From contig CAVQGX010000012.1 of assembly GCA_963712115.1 (NCBI GenBank), positions 10,839 through 74,838 of the forward strand: 64,000 nucleotides of DNA. The letters run 5' to 3'. Position numbers and translations under genes: made by a program. A model generated the notes under the pieces. It was not told the origin of the DNA and searched no databases. It saw nothing but the letters and a program-made list of their open reading frames with translations. This DNA comes from an uncultured delta proteobacterium. Its GTDB lineage: Bacteria; Desulfobacterota; Syntrophobacteria; BM002. Of this stretch, positions 17,058 to 25,939 are shown one piece after another. How positions within the stretch are numbered: position 1 is the stretch's first letter; every line of letters begins with the position of its first letter.

Positions 17058-19319
17058 ATGAAAGAAAAACATATCGTTAAGATCGCTGAGGAACTCGAGA
17101 TTAAGCCGCAACAGGTTCTGGCTACTGCGGCGCTGCTCGATGAAGGGGCCACTGTCCCATTTGTTGCCCGCTATCGTAAAGAGGTGACTGATTCCCTGGA
17201 TGAGGTGGCTATAACAACAATCCGCGACCGACTCCATCAACTGCGGGAGCTTGACAAAAGGAGAGAGGCCATACTGAAGTCTCTCCAAGAGCGGGAGCTT
17301 CTCACCGATGAGCTGAAAGATAAAGTCCTGGCCGCAGAGACCCTTGCCTTCCTGGAGGACATTTATCTGCCTTACCGACCGAAACGGCGCACCCGTGCAA
17401 CCGTTGCTAGGGAGCGAGGGTTGGAACCGCTTGCCTTGAAACTTTTTGCCCAGGAACAGACCACAGACCCTCATGGTGAGGCTGAAGCCTTTGTCGAACC
17501 TGAGAAAGGAGTGGAGACGATCGAAGATGCCCTGGCCGGCGCGCGGGACATTATCGCCGAGCTGGTGAACGAGGATCAGGCAGCCCGCGCGAAAATGAGG
17601 GCTCTCTACGCTGAAAAGGGAATATTCCAGGCCAGGGTGGTTCCGGGCAAGGAGGACGAGGGGAACAAGTACAGGGACTATTTCGACTGGCAGGAGCCCG
17701 CATCAAAGGCACCTTCTCATAGAATTCTGGCCATGCGGCGAGGCGAAAAAGAAGGTGTACTGACACTCCGTGTCCATCCCCCGGAGGCTGAAGCCCTGAC
17801 CCTTCTGGAAACCCTTTTTGTCAAGGGAGATGGGGCTGCTGCCCAGCAGGTAAAGACCGCCGTGCAAGACAGCTACAAGCGGCTCCTGGCTCAGTCAATG
17901 GAAACGGAGATCCGCAAAGCCACCAAAGAGCGAGCCGATGCAGAGGCTATCCGTGTTTTTGCGGACAATCTCCGTCAGCTACTTTTAGCGCCGCCCCTTG
18001 GGAGGAAAAACGTCCTGGCCATAGATCCGGGACTCCGCACTGGCTGCAAAGTAGTTTGTTTGGATCGGCAGGGAAAACTGCTCCAAACAGATACGATCTA
18101 TCCCTTCACCTCCGAAAAGAGCAAGTTGGAGTCAGTGGCAATACTCGGAAAATTGTGCGAGAGCTACCATGTTGAGGCCATAGCAGTGGGCAACGGCACC
18201 GGCGGAAGGGAAACAGAGGCTTTGGTGAGGGGTATGGACCTTCCGGGCAACATACTGGTGGTGATGGTCAACGAGAGCGGCGCCTCGGTTTATTCTGCTT
18301 CCCAAGTGGCTAGAGAGGAGTTTCCAGACCTTAATGTGTCGGTTCGTGGTGCGGTTTCCATTGGTAGACGACTTGTGGATCCCTTGGCGGAACTGGTGAA
18401 AATTGACCCCAAATCCATTGGAGTGGGCCAATATCAGCACGATGTGGATCAGCAAGCCTTGAAGAGCAGTCTGGATGACGTGGTCATCAGCTGTGTGAAT
18501 GGTGTGGGCGTGGAGGTCAACACAGCCAGCGAGCAGTTGCTCACCTATGTCTCCGGACTGGGGCCGCAATTGGCAAAAAGCATTATCAAGTATCGAAATG
18601 AACACGGCCCGTTTCTGTCCAGAGAGGATTTGAAGAAAGTATCCCGCCTGGGCCCCAAGGCATTTGAACAGGCAGCGGGTTTCCTGCGTATCAGAGATGG
18701 GAGAAATCCTCTAGATGCCACAGCTGTTCACCCTGAATCCTACCAAGTTGTGGAAGCCATGGCCAGTGATCTAGGCTGTTCAATAAAGGAGCTTCTTAGT
18801 GACGAGGAACTTAGAGACCGAATCGATCTGTCCAAATACGTGACTGAAACGGCGGGCATACCTACTCTCACTGACATTGTTGCAGAACTTGCCAAGCCTG
18901 GCCGTGACCCGCGCCAGCGATTCGAGGTTTTTACCTTTTCCGGGGAAGTGCAGAAGATAGATGACTTGCAGCCGGGCATGAGGTTGCCCGGGATCATTAC
19001 CAATGTCACTGCCTTTGGGGCATTTGTCGACGTCGGAGTGCATCAGGATGGCCTGGTTCACGTGAGCCAACTTGCTGACCGTTTTGTCAAAGACCCCCGC
19101 GATATAGTCAAGGCTCAGCAACAAGTGACGGTCACGGTTTTGGAAGTGGACCTTGAAAGAAAAAGGATTTCTCTGTCGATGAAAACGAATCCTGCTAAAT
19201 CAGCAAAAGGGGTAAAAGGAGAGCCAAAGCATGAAAGCAAGAGCAAGGTGAAACGGACAAAACAGGGGAAGGGTCCTGGGCCTTTCAATAACCCATTCGC
19301 CGACGCTCTCAAGAAATAG
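17058..19319 (+). CDS. tex: Tex/YhgF transcription accessory protein (S1 RNA-binding)
   Basis: 'GATVPFVARYRKE', 'EDIYLPYRPKRRTRA', 'IDPGLRTGCK', 'IGVGQYQHDV', C-terminal S1 'VDVGVHQDGLVHVS'. Confidence 0.96.
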   Translation: MKEKHIVKIAEELEIKPQQVLATAALLDEGATVPFVARYRKEVTDSLDEVAITTIRDRLHQLRELDKRREAILKSLQERELLTDELKDKVLAAETLAFLEDIYLPYRPKRRTRATVARERGLEPLALKLFAQEQTTDPHGEAEAFVEPEKGVETIEDALAGARDIIAELVNEDQAARAKMRALYAEKGIFQARVVPGKEDEGNKYRDYFDWQEPASKAPSHRILAMRRGEKEGVLTLRVHPPEAEALTLLETLFVKGDGAAAQQVKTAVQDSYKRLLAQSMETEIRKATKERADAEAIRVFADNLRQLLLAPPLGRKNVLAIDPGLRTGCKVVCLDRQGKLLQTDTIYPFTSEKSKLESVAILGKLCESYHVEAIAVGNGTGGRETEALVRGMDLPGNILVVMVNESGASVYSASQVAREEFPDLNVSVRGAVSIGRRLVDPLAELVKIDPKSIGVGQYQHDVDQQALKSSLDDVVISCVNGVGVEVNTASEQLLTYVSGLGPQLAKSIIKYRNEHGPFLSREDLKKVSRLGPKAFEQAAGFLRIRDGRNPLDATAVHPESYQVVEAMASDLGCSIKELLSDEELRDRIDLSKYVTETAGIPTLTDIVAELAKPGRDPRQRFEVFTFSGEVQKIDDLQPGMRLPGIITNVTAFGAFVDVGVHQDGLVHVSQLADRFVKDPRDIVKAQQQVTVTVLEVDLERKRISLSMKTNPAKSAKGVKGEPKHESKSKVKRTKQGKGPGPFNNPFADALKK

Positions 19320-19354
19320 TGTAAAAGAGGCAAGTTCTTGTTTTTTTCCCACTA

Positions 19355-19412
19355 GCATAGAGTGAGGAGTCAGTAGTCGGTAGTCAGTAGCCAGAATCCA
19401 GCAGACAGCAAA
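19355..19412 (+). repeat. Heptamer repeat tract (agtcagt/agccaga type)
   Basis: 'ggagtcagtagtcggtagtcagtagccagaatccagcagacagc'. Confidence 0.75.
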
Positions 19413-19430
19413 TTCAACCTACCTAGTAAA

Positions 19431-19475
19431 AAATCCATCCGAATGACCTAATCTGTCACAGCCCAATGGTAAGTT
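19431..19475 (+). promoter_or_regulatory. Conserved promoter motif copy 1 (TGAC-N7-GTCA; TGTCAC-N10-TAAGTT)
   Basis: Same motif and spacing at 20148 and 46437. Confidence 0.65.
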
Positions 19476-19581
19476 CCAAGCGAAGGTGGTTTTAAAGTTT
19501 GACCGATTTTTCTGCGGGTAACCACTTTTGGAGTACTGGAGTAATGGAATGCTGGAGTAATGGAATGAGGGAAAGGGAGGC

Positions 19582-19676
19582 GGAAATGAGATTGATAATT
19601 GCATTAATCTTATTACTCTATTTCGGAAGGCGGGAAATGAGATTGATAATTGCATTAATCTTATTACTCTATTTCG
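19582..19676 (+). repeat. Direct tandem duplication (44 bp identical, 51-bp period)
   Basis: 'ggaaatgagattgataattgcattaatcttattactctatttcg' at 19582 and 19633. Confidence 0.95.
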
Positions 19677-19696
19677 TTTCCTTTGAGGGGGTAAAG

Positions 19697-19938
19697 ATGA
19701 AAAAATCTGCCTCGTTTTAATTACGCTAACGGTTATTTGGTGCGTTACAGGGCAAAAGGAGTGGAGGGAGGACCACCAGGGTTTTTCGGGTGGGGATACC
19801 AGGGATTCTTACACTGTTTCAGCAGAACCTAAATTTTCGGATGATCCACTGCTGGATAGTATCTACCGGGCTCGGTACCTTGGTGTCTCGAAAGATGCGG
19901 CAAGTGTGAAAAGTAGGTTTCAGAGGTCAGATTGCTGA
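19697..19938 (+). pseudogene. Frameshifted small exported protein
   Basis: RBS 'gagggg', ATG, A6 run; adding one A gives 'MKKICLVLITLTVIWC...', open to about 19938. Confidence 0.4.
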
Positions 19939-20105
19939 TTTGGAATTTCGAATTTGGGATTTTTTAACTGATCGCTGATGGCTGAAAGCCTGTCCTGAGC
20001 GGAGTCGAAGGGCTGAAACCGTACTGGTAAAAGCCAAAAAAAAAGCTAATCTCCACCGGCAAAAACGGCTCAACAGGCCAACCGGTCAAACAGGCCACAG
20101 GCAGC
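19915..20105 (+). repeat. Intergenic mosaic with REP-like 'CCTGTCCTGAGCGGAGTCGAAGGG'
   Basis: tcagagg, gaatttc/gatttgg, gctga and aaacggc modules; REP-like unit at 19989-20015. Confidence 0.85.
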
Positions 20106-20133
20106 AATAAACCATTTTAACCTACCTCGCAAA

Positions 20134-20179
20134 AAAATCCTTCCAATTGACCGGATGTGTCAAACCACAGTGCTATTGT
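20134..20179 (+). promoter_or_regulatory. Conserved promoter motif copy 2 (TGAC-N7-GTCA; TGTCAA-N10-TATTGT)
   Basis: Lies 25 nt upstream of ORF 20205. Confidence 0.65.
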
Positions 20180-20204
20180 GTAATCAAAGACAATAGAAAG
20201 GGGT

Positions 20205-21218
20205 GTGATATCTGTGCAAACAGTCATACAAAACTATCTGAATGAGGCCAAGATTGGGCGGAAGCAGTCGCACCGAAATCTGGCTATATTTCCGCTCTTG
20301 TCCAGCTACGCAGTGGGGTTGGAGTACATCACCCTGGACGAGGCTCTCTCGGAAGGTCTCATCGAGGTGATGGAGAGAGATGAGGCGGGCTCCGTACCTG
20401 AACTGAAGGTGGTTAACAAATCTCCCTGCATGATCCTGATCCTGGATGGAGAGGAGTTGGTAGGGGCAAAGCAGAACCGGATCGTAAACACCACCATTTT
20501 GATCCAGGGCAAGACCAGCACGGTGATTCCGGTGAGCTGTGTGGAGCAGGGTAGGTGGGCGTATGAGAGCCGGGCATTCAAGAGCGAGGAACGGCTAATG
20601 GCGGCACAGCTCAGGGCTAAAAAGTCCGAGCAGGTGCACAGATCCATTCGGAGATCTGATGGATTTAGATCGGATCAGTCGGCAATTTGGAATGAGATCT
20701 CCAGCAAGGCGGCAAGGATGGAGGCTGACTCGCCCACCATGGCAATGTCGGAAATATATAGAAAAAAAAGGTCGTTACTTGCAGATTACGTCGAGCACTT
20801 CCGGCTAGTGGAGATGCAGGTTGGGGCTCTTTTTATGATTAACGGAAGAGTGGTGGGGTTGGACACTTTTGGGAGAACTGAGACTTTCGGCAAAGTATTC
20901 AGGAAACTGATCGAGAGTTACGCTCTGGATGCTATTGATTGGTCAGAGCGGGAAAGTTCGGGGAGAACTCTCAAGAGCAACGTTACCAAGTTCCTGTGGG
21001 CGGCGAGCAATGCCACAGTGGAAAGCCACCGATCCGTCGGCCTAGGAACCGATATAAGGCTGGAGTCCAGGACACTCACAGGCTTTGCCCTGGCACACGA
21101 GGAGCAAATTCTTCACCTTTCCGTTTTTGCCAGGTGCAATGGGAGCAGTGTAGAGCGCTACACTGCGAGGATGCAGAGATTTTCTAGCAGAAGGAGAGGC
21201 CGCCGCAGCGGCCAGTAG
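20205..21218 (+). CDS. ARPP-1/DUF6569-like protein
   Basis: 'YITLDEAL..G...V.E....GSVPEL.V.N.....LILDGEELVGAKQNRI.N', 'IPVSCVEQGRW', 'QSAIW..I'. Confidence 0.75.
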   Translation: MISVQTVIQNYLNEAKIGRKQSHRNLAIFPLLSSYAVGLEYITLDEALSEGLIEVMERDEAGSVPELKVVNKSPCMILILDGEELVGAKQNRIVNTTILIQGKTSTVIPVSCVEQGRWAYESRAFKSEERLMAAQLRAKKSEQVHRSIRRSDGFRSDQSAIWNEISSKAARMEADSPTMAMSEIYRKKRSLLADYVEHFRLVEMQVGALFMINGRVVGLDTFGRTETFGKVFRKLIESYALDAIDWSERESSGRTLKSNVTKFLWAASNATVESHRSVGLGTDIRLESRTLTGFALAHEEQILHLSVFARCNGSSVERYTARMQRFSSRRRGRRSGQ

Positions 21219-21446
21219 GCACTGGGCACCGAGTCCGCATAGCGCATGGCGCATCCTTCGACAGGCTCAGGACAAGTAGGGCAGAGCGAAAGAACATGGA
21301 GCATGGGGCATAGGGTCAGAGGTCAGAAGTCAGAAATCAGAGGTCGGATTGTGGAATTGTTAGCGACAGCTGATCGCAGACGGCTGAATGAAACAGGCAA
21401 AACCGGCTCAACTGGCTAACCGGCTAAACAGTTAAAGGGCATGGGG
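21216..21446 (+). repeat. Intergenic mosaic of short-repeat modules
   Basis: taggcac, gcgcat, 'ccttcgacaggctcaggacaag' (21255-21276), gcatgg, tcagagg, aaccggc modules. Confidence 0.85.
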
Positions 21447-21449
21447 CCC

Positions 21450-21510
21450 ACCATAACTTTGCCAGTAAGCCCTCGCCGATGGTGGTGCCCCGGACGGTGG
21501 GGGTTTTTTG
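21450..21510 (+). repeat. About 60-bp terminator-like hairpin element, copy 2
   Basis: Near-identical to 16895-16956. Confidence 0.8.
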
Positions 21511-21596
21511 TCTACTAATCCGCATGCATTCTGCTAAGATAGGGTTGTGATAAGTTGCAAATAAACAGTTGGAACATAGATGCCGGACAGCAAATT

Positions 21597-21935
21597 ATGA
21601 GTCGAACGAAAGCATTTCTTATACATTTTTTCTCTGTATATACTTTCGCCATTGCATTATATGTTTTTACATATTTTTCAATCGGTAAACTAGGTAGATT
21701 TTTTACGATTTATTTTTTAGATCTACCTAGGTTTTCTTATTTTTATCTTTCAAATATCATTCATGGTCGTCCTATTTATTCACATTATTATATCTCGCTA
21801 ACGCTGATCATATATTATTATCTCATTACCATACCGATATATTTTACTATTCGCCTTAAAAAAACTAGTTATCTTTGGCTTCAGTTGGCCATTTTTCTCC
21901 TACATTTCCTTGTTACCATTTTTATTTGGTATTAA
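21597..21935 (+). CDS. Hypothetical membrane protein (very AT-rich)
   Basis: About three hydrophobic segments; base composition differs from neighbours. Confidence 0.55.
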   Translation: MSRTKAFLIHFFSVYTFAIALYVFTYFSIGKLGRFFTIYFLDLPRFSYFYLSNIIHGRPIYSHYYISLTLIIYYYLITIPIYFTIRLKKTSYLWLQLAIFLLHFLVTIFIWY

Positions 21936-22028
21936 CGAGGGAAGGGCTTTCAGCAGGCAGTTCTTCGAACAGGGGATTAGAGAATTAGAAAGTTAGCTCC
22001 AAGCATTCCACCACATAAGCCTGCACCA

Positions 22029-22382
22029 CTACACTTCTGCATCATCTGCTGGCAGACTTTTTTGTTTTTTCTTCTTTTTAGCTTTTTCTGGATCCGCTGA
22101 TGCTTGTTTTCGTTTTTTTGAATCGGATTCTTCAGAGGCCATTTTTCTCTCGCGCTCCAGTTTCTGATGCTTTGCTTTCTCCCTCAATTTTAGGGTGGTA
22201 TTTATCGTAGCAATTGCCCTTCTCGTCCTTTTCAGTTCAGCCCGCAAATGTTGAATGACCTTGTCATTTTCAATGCTTTTTTGCTCCAGGCCCTTCTCTA
22301 GCAATAATGTCTTTCTGGCAGCCAGTTGCTCTTTGAATTCCTGCTGCTGTCGCTCCTTAGTCTGTTTTTGTTTTGAGCCCAT
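22029..22382 (-). CDS. Hypothetical Lys/Glu-rich coiled-coil protein
   Basis: 117-aa ORF with RBS 'aaggag'. Confidence 0.7.
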   Translation of the reverse strand: MGSKQKQTKERQQQEFKEQLAARKTLLLEKGLEQKSIENDKVIQHLRAELKRTRRAIATINTTLKLREKAKHQKLERERKMASEESDSKKRKQASADPEKAKKKKKQKSLPADDAEV

Positions 22383-22465
22383 TTGCTTCTGTACTCCTTT
22401 AATTCAGGTCCGACTGATTTGATCTTGTTAAGTTTGACCACGTTGCAGGTCATAGACTAAAGCAA

Positions 22466-22732
22466 CTATTTCTCAGTTGACTGTTTCGCCCAGTTTTCCT
22501 GCCTATCAAGGCTGGCTTTTTCCATTTCACCTGGTTCGATCTTTAAGCTTTCAGGGAGTTCAAGTTCTTGCTCGGAGTGAGAAGAAGTGGTTGGTGTGCC
22601 GAAGCAGTCGGACAAGGGATAATCCTTGTCACATAGCCAACAGTGGGCCACGTTCTCGGCAGCGAACCAGGATATCTGTCGATGTCCCTGGGGACACTTC
22701 AAAGGATGTTGGAATAAGCTTCTGCTTCTCAT
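22466..22732 (-). CDS. Hypothetical zinc-ribbon protein
   Basis: 'CPQGH...CWLC'. Confidence 0.55.
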   Translation of the reverse strand: MRSRSLFQHPLKCPQGHRQISWFAAENVAHCWLCDKDYPLSDCFGTPTTSSHSEQELELPESLKIEPGEMEKASLDRQENWAKQSTEK

Positions 22733-23137
22733 GGGATCACTTTTCCTCTTTGGCCAGTGCTCATAGGCGCAGATTTATCGGCAAAGATAATCCTACCTTC
22801 AATCTGGGTCAATCCTGGAAGTATCTCATAAACGCCTAAAAAACCTTAAAAAGACCATTTTTACCGTCCTTAGCCGATGATCTTTTGGTGTCTCATTTCC
22901 GGGCAAAATCGTTCTCAAAAAAGCATCGATTTTTATAACAGGCTCCCACCTGAGATAATCATCTCTCAATATTCATCCCTTGGACTCTGGTTCGATTTTT
23001 GCATTTATTTTGGCGTTCCTTGGATGATTTCAATGAAAATAGGGTCAAATCTGAAGCGTTAGATTTCCGTGGTTAAATGGCCAACAGTAAGAACTCTATC
23101 GAATCCTACAATGCACAGACCAACTTGTGAAAACCAG

Positions 23138-24073
23138 ATGAACAATAATAGCCGTATATATGCCGTCGGTGGAGGAAAGGGGGGAACTGGCAAGAGTTTC
23201 ATAACGGCAAGTCTTGGCACGGTCCTGGCGCAACAGGGTAAAAAGGTGCTGCTGGTAGATTTAGATTTGGGGGCTTCGAACCTTCATACTTTTTTGGCCC
23301 TTGGCAAGCCTCAGATGAGCCTAAAGCAATATTTAAATAAGGAAGTTCATGATATTAACGATATTGTGATGCAGACAACTCAAGCAAATCTGTCAGTTAT
23401 AAGTTCGTCTGGATGTTCACTGGAGATTGCTAATCTGTATTATGCCCAAAAAGCAAAACTGATAAGGGCAATAAAAAAATTATCTTATGATTATCTTTTC
23501 ATCGATTTAGGATCAGGGACTCATTATAATACGTTAGATTTTTATCTAATATCTAATGAAGGAATAATTATTACAACACCGGAGCCGATATCAGTCGAAA
23601 ATATGTTTCGCTTTATGAAATCTATTTATCTAAGGAAAATTAAAGCAGTTCTTAAAAATAATGGCCTAAATATAATTTGTCGAGAGTACCTCAATAGCGT
23701 TAACGATTCACAAATAAAATCATTCTCAGACATAATGAATTTTATAAGACAATATGATGCAGAAAATAGTGCAGATATAGAAAACTGTATTAAAGATCAA
23801 AAGATTGGATTAATCCTGAACCAGTTCAGATGGCAAGTAAATAAGAATTTCGGGCATGAGCTTACAAAGATCTGTAATAAACACCTGTATTTTAACTACC
23901 ACTTCTTGGGAAATGTATCCTCAGATCACAAGATTGGTGATGCAACCATGAAGGATAGAGTATTCGTCAATGAGTATGGTTATGCCAAGACAGCCAAAGA
24001 AATATTCAATATCGCCAGAGCAATAGTCGATGAAACTGACGAACCTGAATTGTCTTTGCCTTTAGTGTCATGA
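23138..24073 (+). CDS. MinD/FlhG-family P-loop ATPase
   Basis: Deviant Walker A 'GGGKGGTGKS', 'VDLDLGASNLH', 'IDLGSGT', 'TTPEP'. Confidence 0.88.
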   Translation: MNNNSRIYAVGGGKGGTGKSFITASLGTVLAQQGKKVLLVDLDLGASNLHTFLALGKPQMSLKQYLNKEVHDINDIVMQTTQANLSVISSSGCSLEIANLYYAQKAKLIRAIKKLSYDYLFIDLGSGTHYNTLDFYLISNEGIIITTPEPISVENMFRFMKSIYLRKIKAVLKNNGLNIICREYLNSVNDSQIKSFSDIMNFIRQYDAENSADIENCIKDQKIGLILNQFRWQVNKNFGHELTKICNKHLYFNYHFLGNVSSDHKIGDATMKDRVFVNEYGYAKTAKEIFNIARAIVDETDEPELSLPLVS

Positions 24074-24339
24074 GAAATTTTGAAGAGTTGAACTTTTACG
24101 AAATTTTAGAAATAACCATGGACGCATCTCCATTCAAAATCAAGAGGGCATACAAAAATGCTCTCGAGGTCTACGGTAAGGAGTCCTTGCTAACATATTC
24201 TCTCTTCAGTGAGGAGGAGAGGATCGATATTCTTAGAAGGATGGAGGATGCCTACAATACTTTAATCGATAGAAACAAGAGGACAGCATACGATGCATCA
24301 TTGGGTGATAAATCTAGGGGCATAGAGCATGGAGCATAG
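24070..24339 (+). CDS. J-domain-like protein (no HPD), probably C-terminally truncated
   Basis: 'NFYEILEI...AS...IKRAY...AYNTL.D...R..YD'; last codons and stop lie in the gcatag repeat. Confidence 0.7.
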   Translation: MRNFEELNFYEILEITMDASPFKIKRAYKNALEVYGKESLLTYSLFSEEERIDILRRMEDAYNTLIDRNKRTAYDASLGDKSRGIEHGA

Positions 24340-24562
24340 AGCATGGGGTTTTGTCAATTAGTTGATTGGTTGATTAGAGAATTAGTTAATTCGTTAAAGT
24401 CGTTAAAATCGTTGAAGTCGTTCAAATCGTTCATACGAGTCACCGCTCACCGTTTACCGCTTACTGCTGACTGCTTGCTTGTCCTGAGCGGAGTCGAAGG
24501 GCTGCTCGCTGTCAGCTGTCAGCTGCCGGCTGTCTTTTACCCTCTGCCCTATGCCCCATGCA
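24316..24562 (+). repeat. Intergenic mosaic of short-repeat modules
   Basis: gcatag, gttgattg, agagaatt, 9-mer tcgttgaag, ttaccgc, REP-like unit 24478-24504, inverted gccc(t/c)at end. Confidence 0.9.
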
Positions 24563-24565
24563 CAG

Positions 24566-24802
24566 TTATCGGTACATGCTAAGAGATTCATTGAGTCTTT
24601 TTTCAATCTCTTTCAGTTTCTTCTTGAGCACATCTACCTTGGCTTTTAAATTCTCGTTTTCAGGATCAGATATACGGGCAGACTCAGCTTCCTGTAATTC
24701 TTTGCGGAACTCGAGATGCACCACTTCCAGGCGATGAATGTAATCTTTGATGATTTTATATTCCGGCCAATCATCAGTATCATCATAAAAGTACATTGAC
24801 AT
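24566..24802 (-). CDS. Hypothetical coiled-coil protein
   Basis: ORF from 'MSMYFYDD'; TTGACA/TAAGTT-like promoter upstream. Confidence 0.6.
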   Translation of the reverse strand: MSMYFYDDTDDWPEYKIIKDYIHRLEVVHLEFRKELQEAESARISDPENENLKAKVDVLKKKLKEIEKRLNESLSMYR

Positions 24803-25000
24803 GACAGGCCCCTGTAGTCTTTTTGGTTTATCCTCTACTTCAGATAACTTAATCAAACAAATACCTTTGTCAACCAAGCTCCCAAAAACATTTGTGGACG
24901 TTCAGCAGGGTGAACGGCGGTTCGGTGGGGGCTTTTTTCTTCAATAAAAGGAGAGTTTCGTGGGTAGAGACCTAATCGTTAGTGGCAGGCTTTTCCGCTG

Positions 25001-25026
25001 GGCAATTCATGAAATATCCAGGCTAA
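25001..25026 (+). mobile_element. Solo MITE terminal repeat
   Basis: 'gcaattcatgaaatatccaggcta' matches the MITE TIR. Confidence 0.55.
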
Positions 25027-25058
25027 GGCACTACAGTGCAATTTCTGCAACTGAAGAA

Positions 25059-25907
25059 ATGAGTTTAGAAGAAGATCTAAGAAGAGCGGCTGAAATTATC
25101 GGCAGTGCCGGTGCCCTACTCATCTGTGCCGGTGCAGGCATGGGCGTTGACTCGGGTCTGCCCGACTTTAGGGGAAATGAGGGGTTTTGGAGGGCATACC
25201 CGCCTATAGCGAGGTTGGGGAAATCTTTTGTTGAAATGGCGAATCCGGTGTGGTTCCAGCACAACCCGAAGTTGGCATGGGCATTCTATGGGCACCGGTT
25301 GAATCTCTATCGAAGGACCACACCTCACAAAGGTTTTCGGCAATTACTGCAAATCGGCGAACAGAAGCCAGGGGGATACTTCGTCTTCACTTCAAACGTG
25401 GACGGTCAGTTTCAAAAAGGAGGATACAGTACGAGTCAAATTGAGGAATGCCATGGGTCTATTAACTACTTTCAATGTGTGCGGCCATGCAGCGACAACA
25501 TTTGGGACGCCCGCGACATCGATGTTTTCGTAGATGAAGATCGTTTCGAAGCTTTGGAACCGCTGCCTAGATGCGAAAACTGCGGTAATGTGGCTCGCCC
25601 CAATATTCTGATGTTCGGTGATTGGGCATGGGTTGCAGCACGGACCTTGTTGCAGAGGAAGAGCCTGTCTACCTGGCTGGGAACCACATCTTTCAACAAC
25701 CATCCATTGGCAGTGGTGGAAGTCGGTGCGGGCGAGGCAGTTGCCACTGTTCGTAACCAGGCGGAGCAGGTGGTAAGAAAATATAAGGCTCGGCTCATAC
25801 GAATCAATCCACGGGATTACCAGGTTTCAGACAAAACACACGTCTCGCTTCCTTTGGGTGGCGCTGAGGCGTTGGAAGGGATTTCTCAACGACTCCAAGG
25901 GGAGTAG
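25059..25907 (+). CDS. Sir2-family NAD-dependent deacylase
   Basis: 'GAGMGVDSGLPDFRG', 'TSNVDG', 'ECHGS', Zn Cys pairs, 'ARPNILMF'. Confidence 0.92.
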   Translation: MSLEEDLRRAAEIIGSAGALLICAGAGMGVDSGLPDFRGNEGFWRAYPPIARLGKSFVEMANPVWFQHNPKLAWAFYGHRLNLYRRTTPHKGFRQLLQIGEQKPGGYFVFTSNVDGQFQKGGYSTSQIEECHGSINYFQCVRPCSDNIWDARDIDVFVDEDRFEALEPLPRCENCGNVARPNILMFGDWAWVAARTLLQRKSLSTWLGTTSFNNHPLAVVEVGAGEAVATVRNQAEQVVRKYKARLIRINPRDYQVSDKTHVSLPLGGAEALEGISQRLQGE

Positions 25908-25939
25908 GAGCAGCAAACTCGATTCAGCAAAGGGTTAGT

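Noticed and set aside
19582-19676. Possible mini-CRISPR (two 44-bp repeats)
   Set aside because: Only 7 nt between copies, no further repeats, no cas genes; it is a tandem duplication of an RBS/signal-peptide start.
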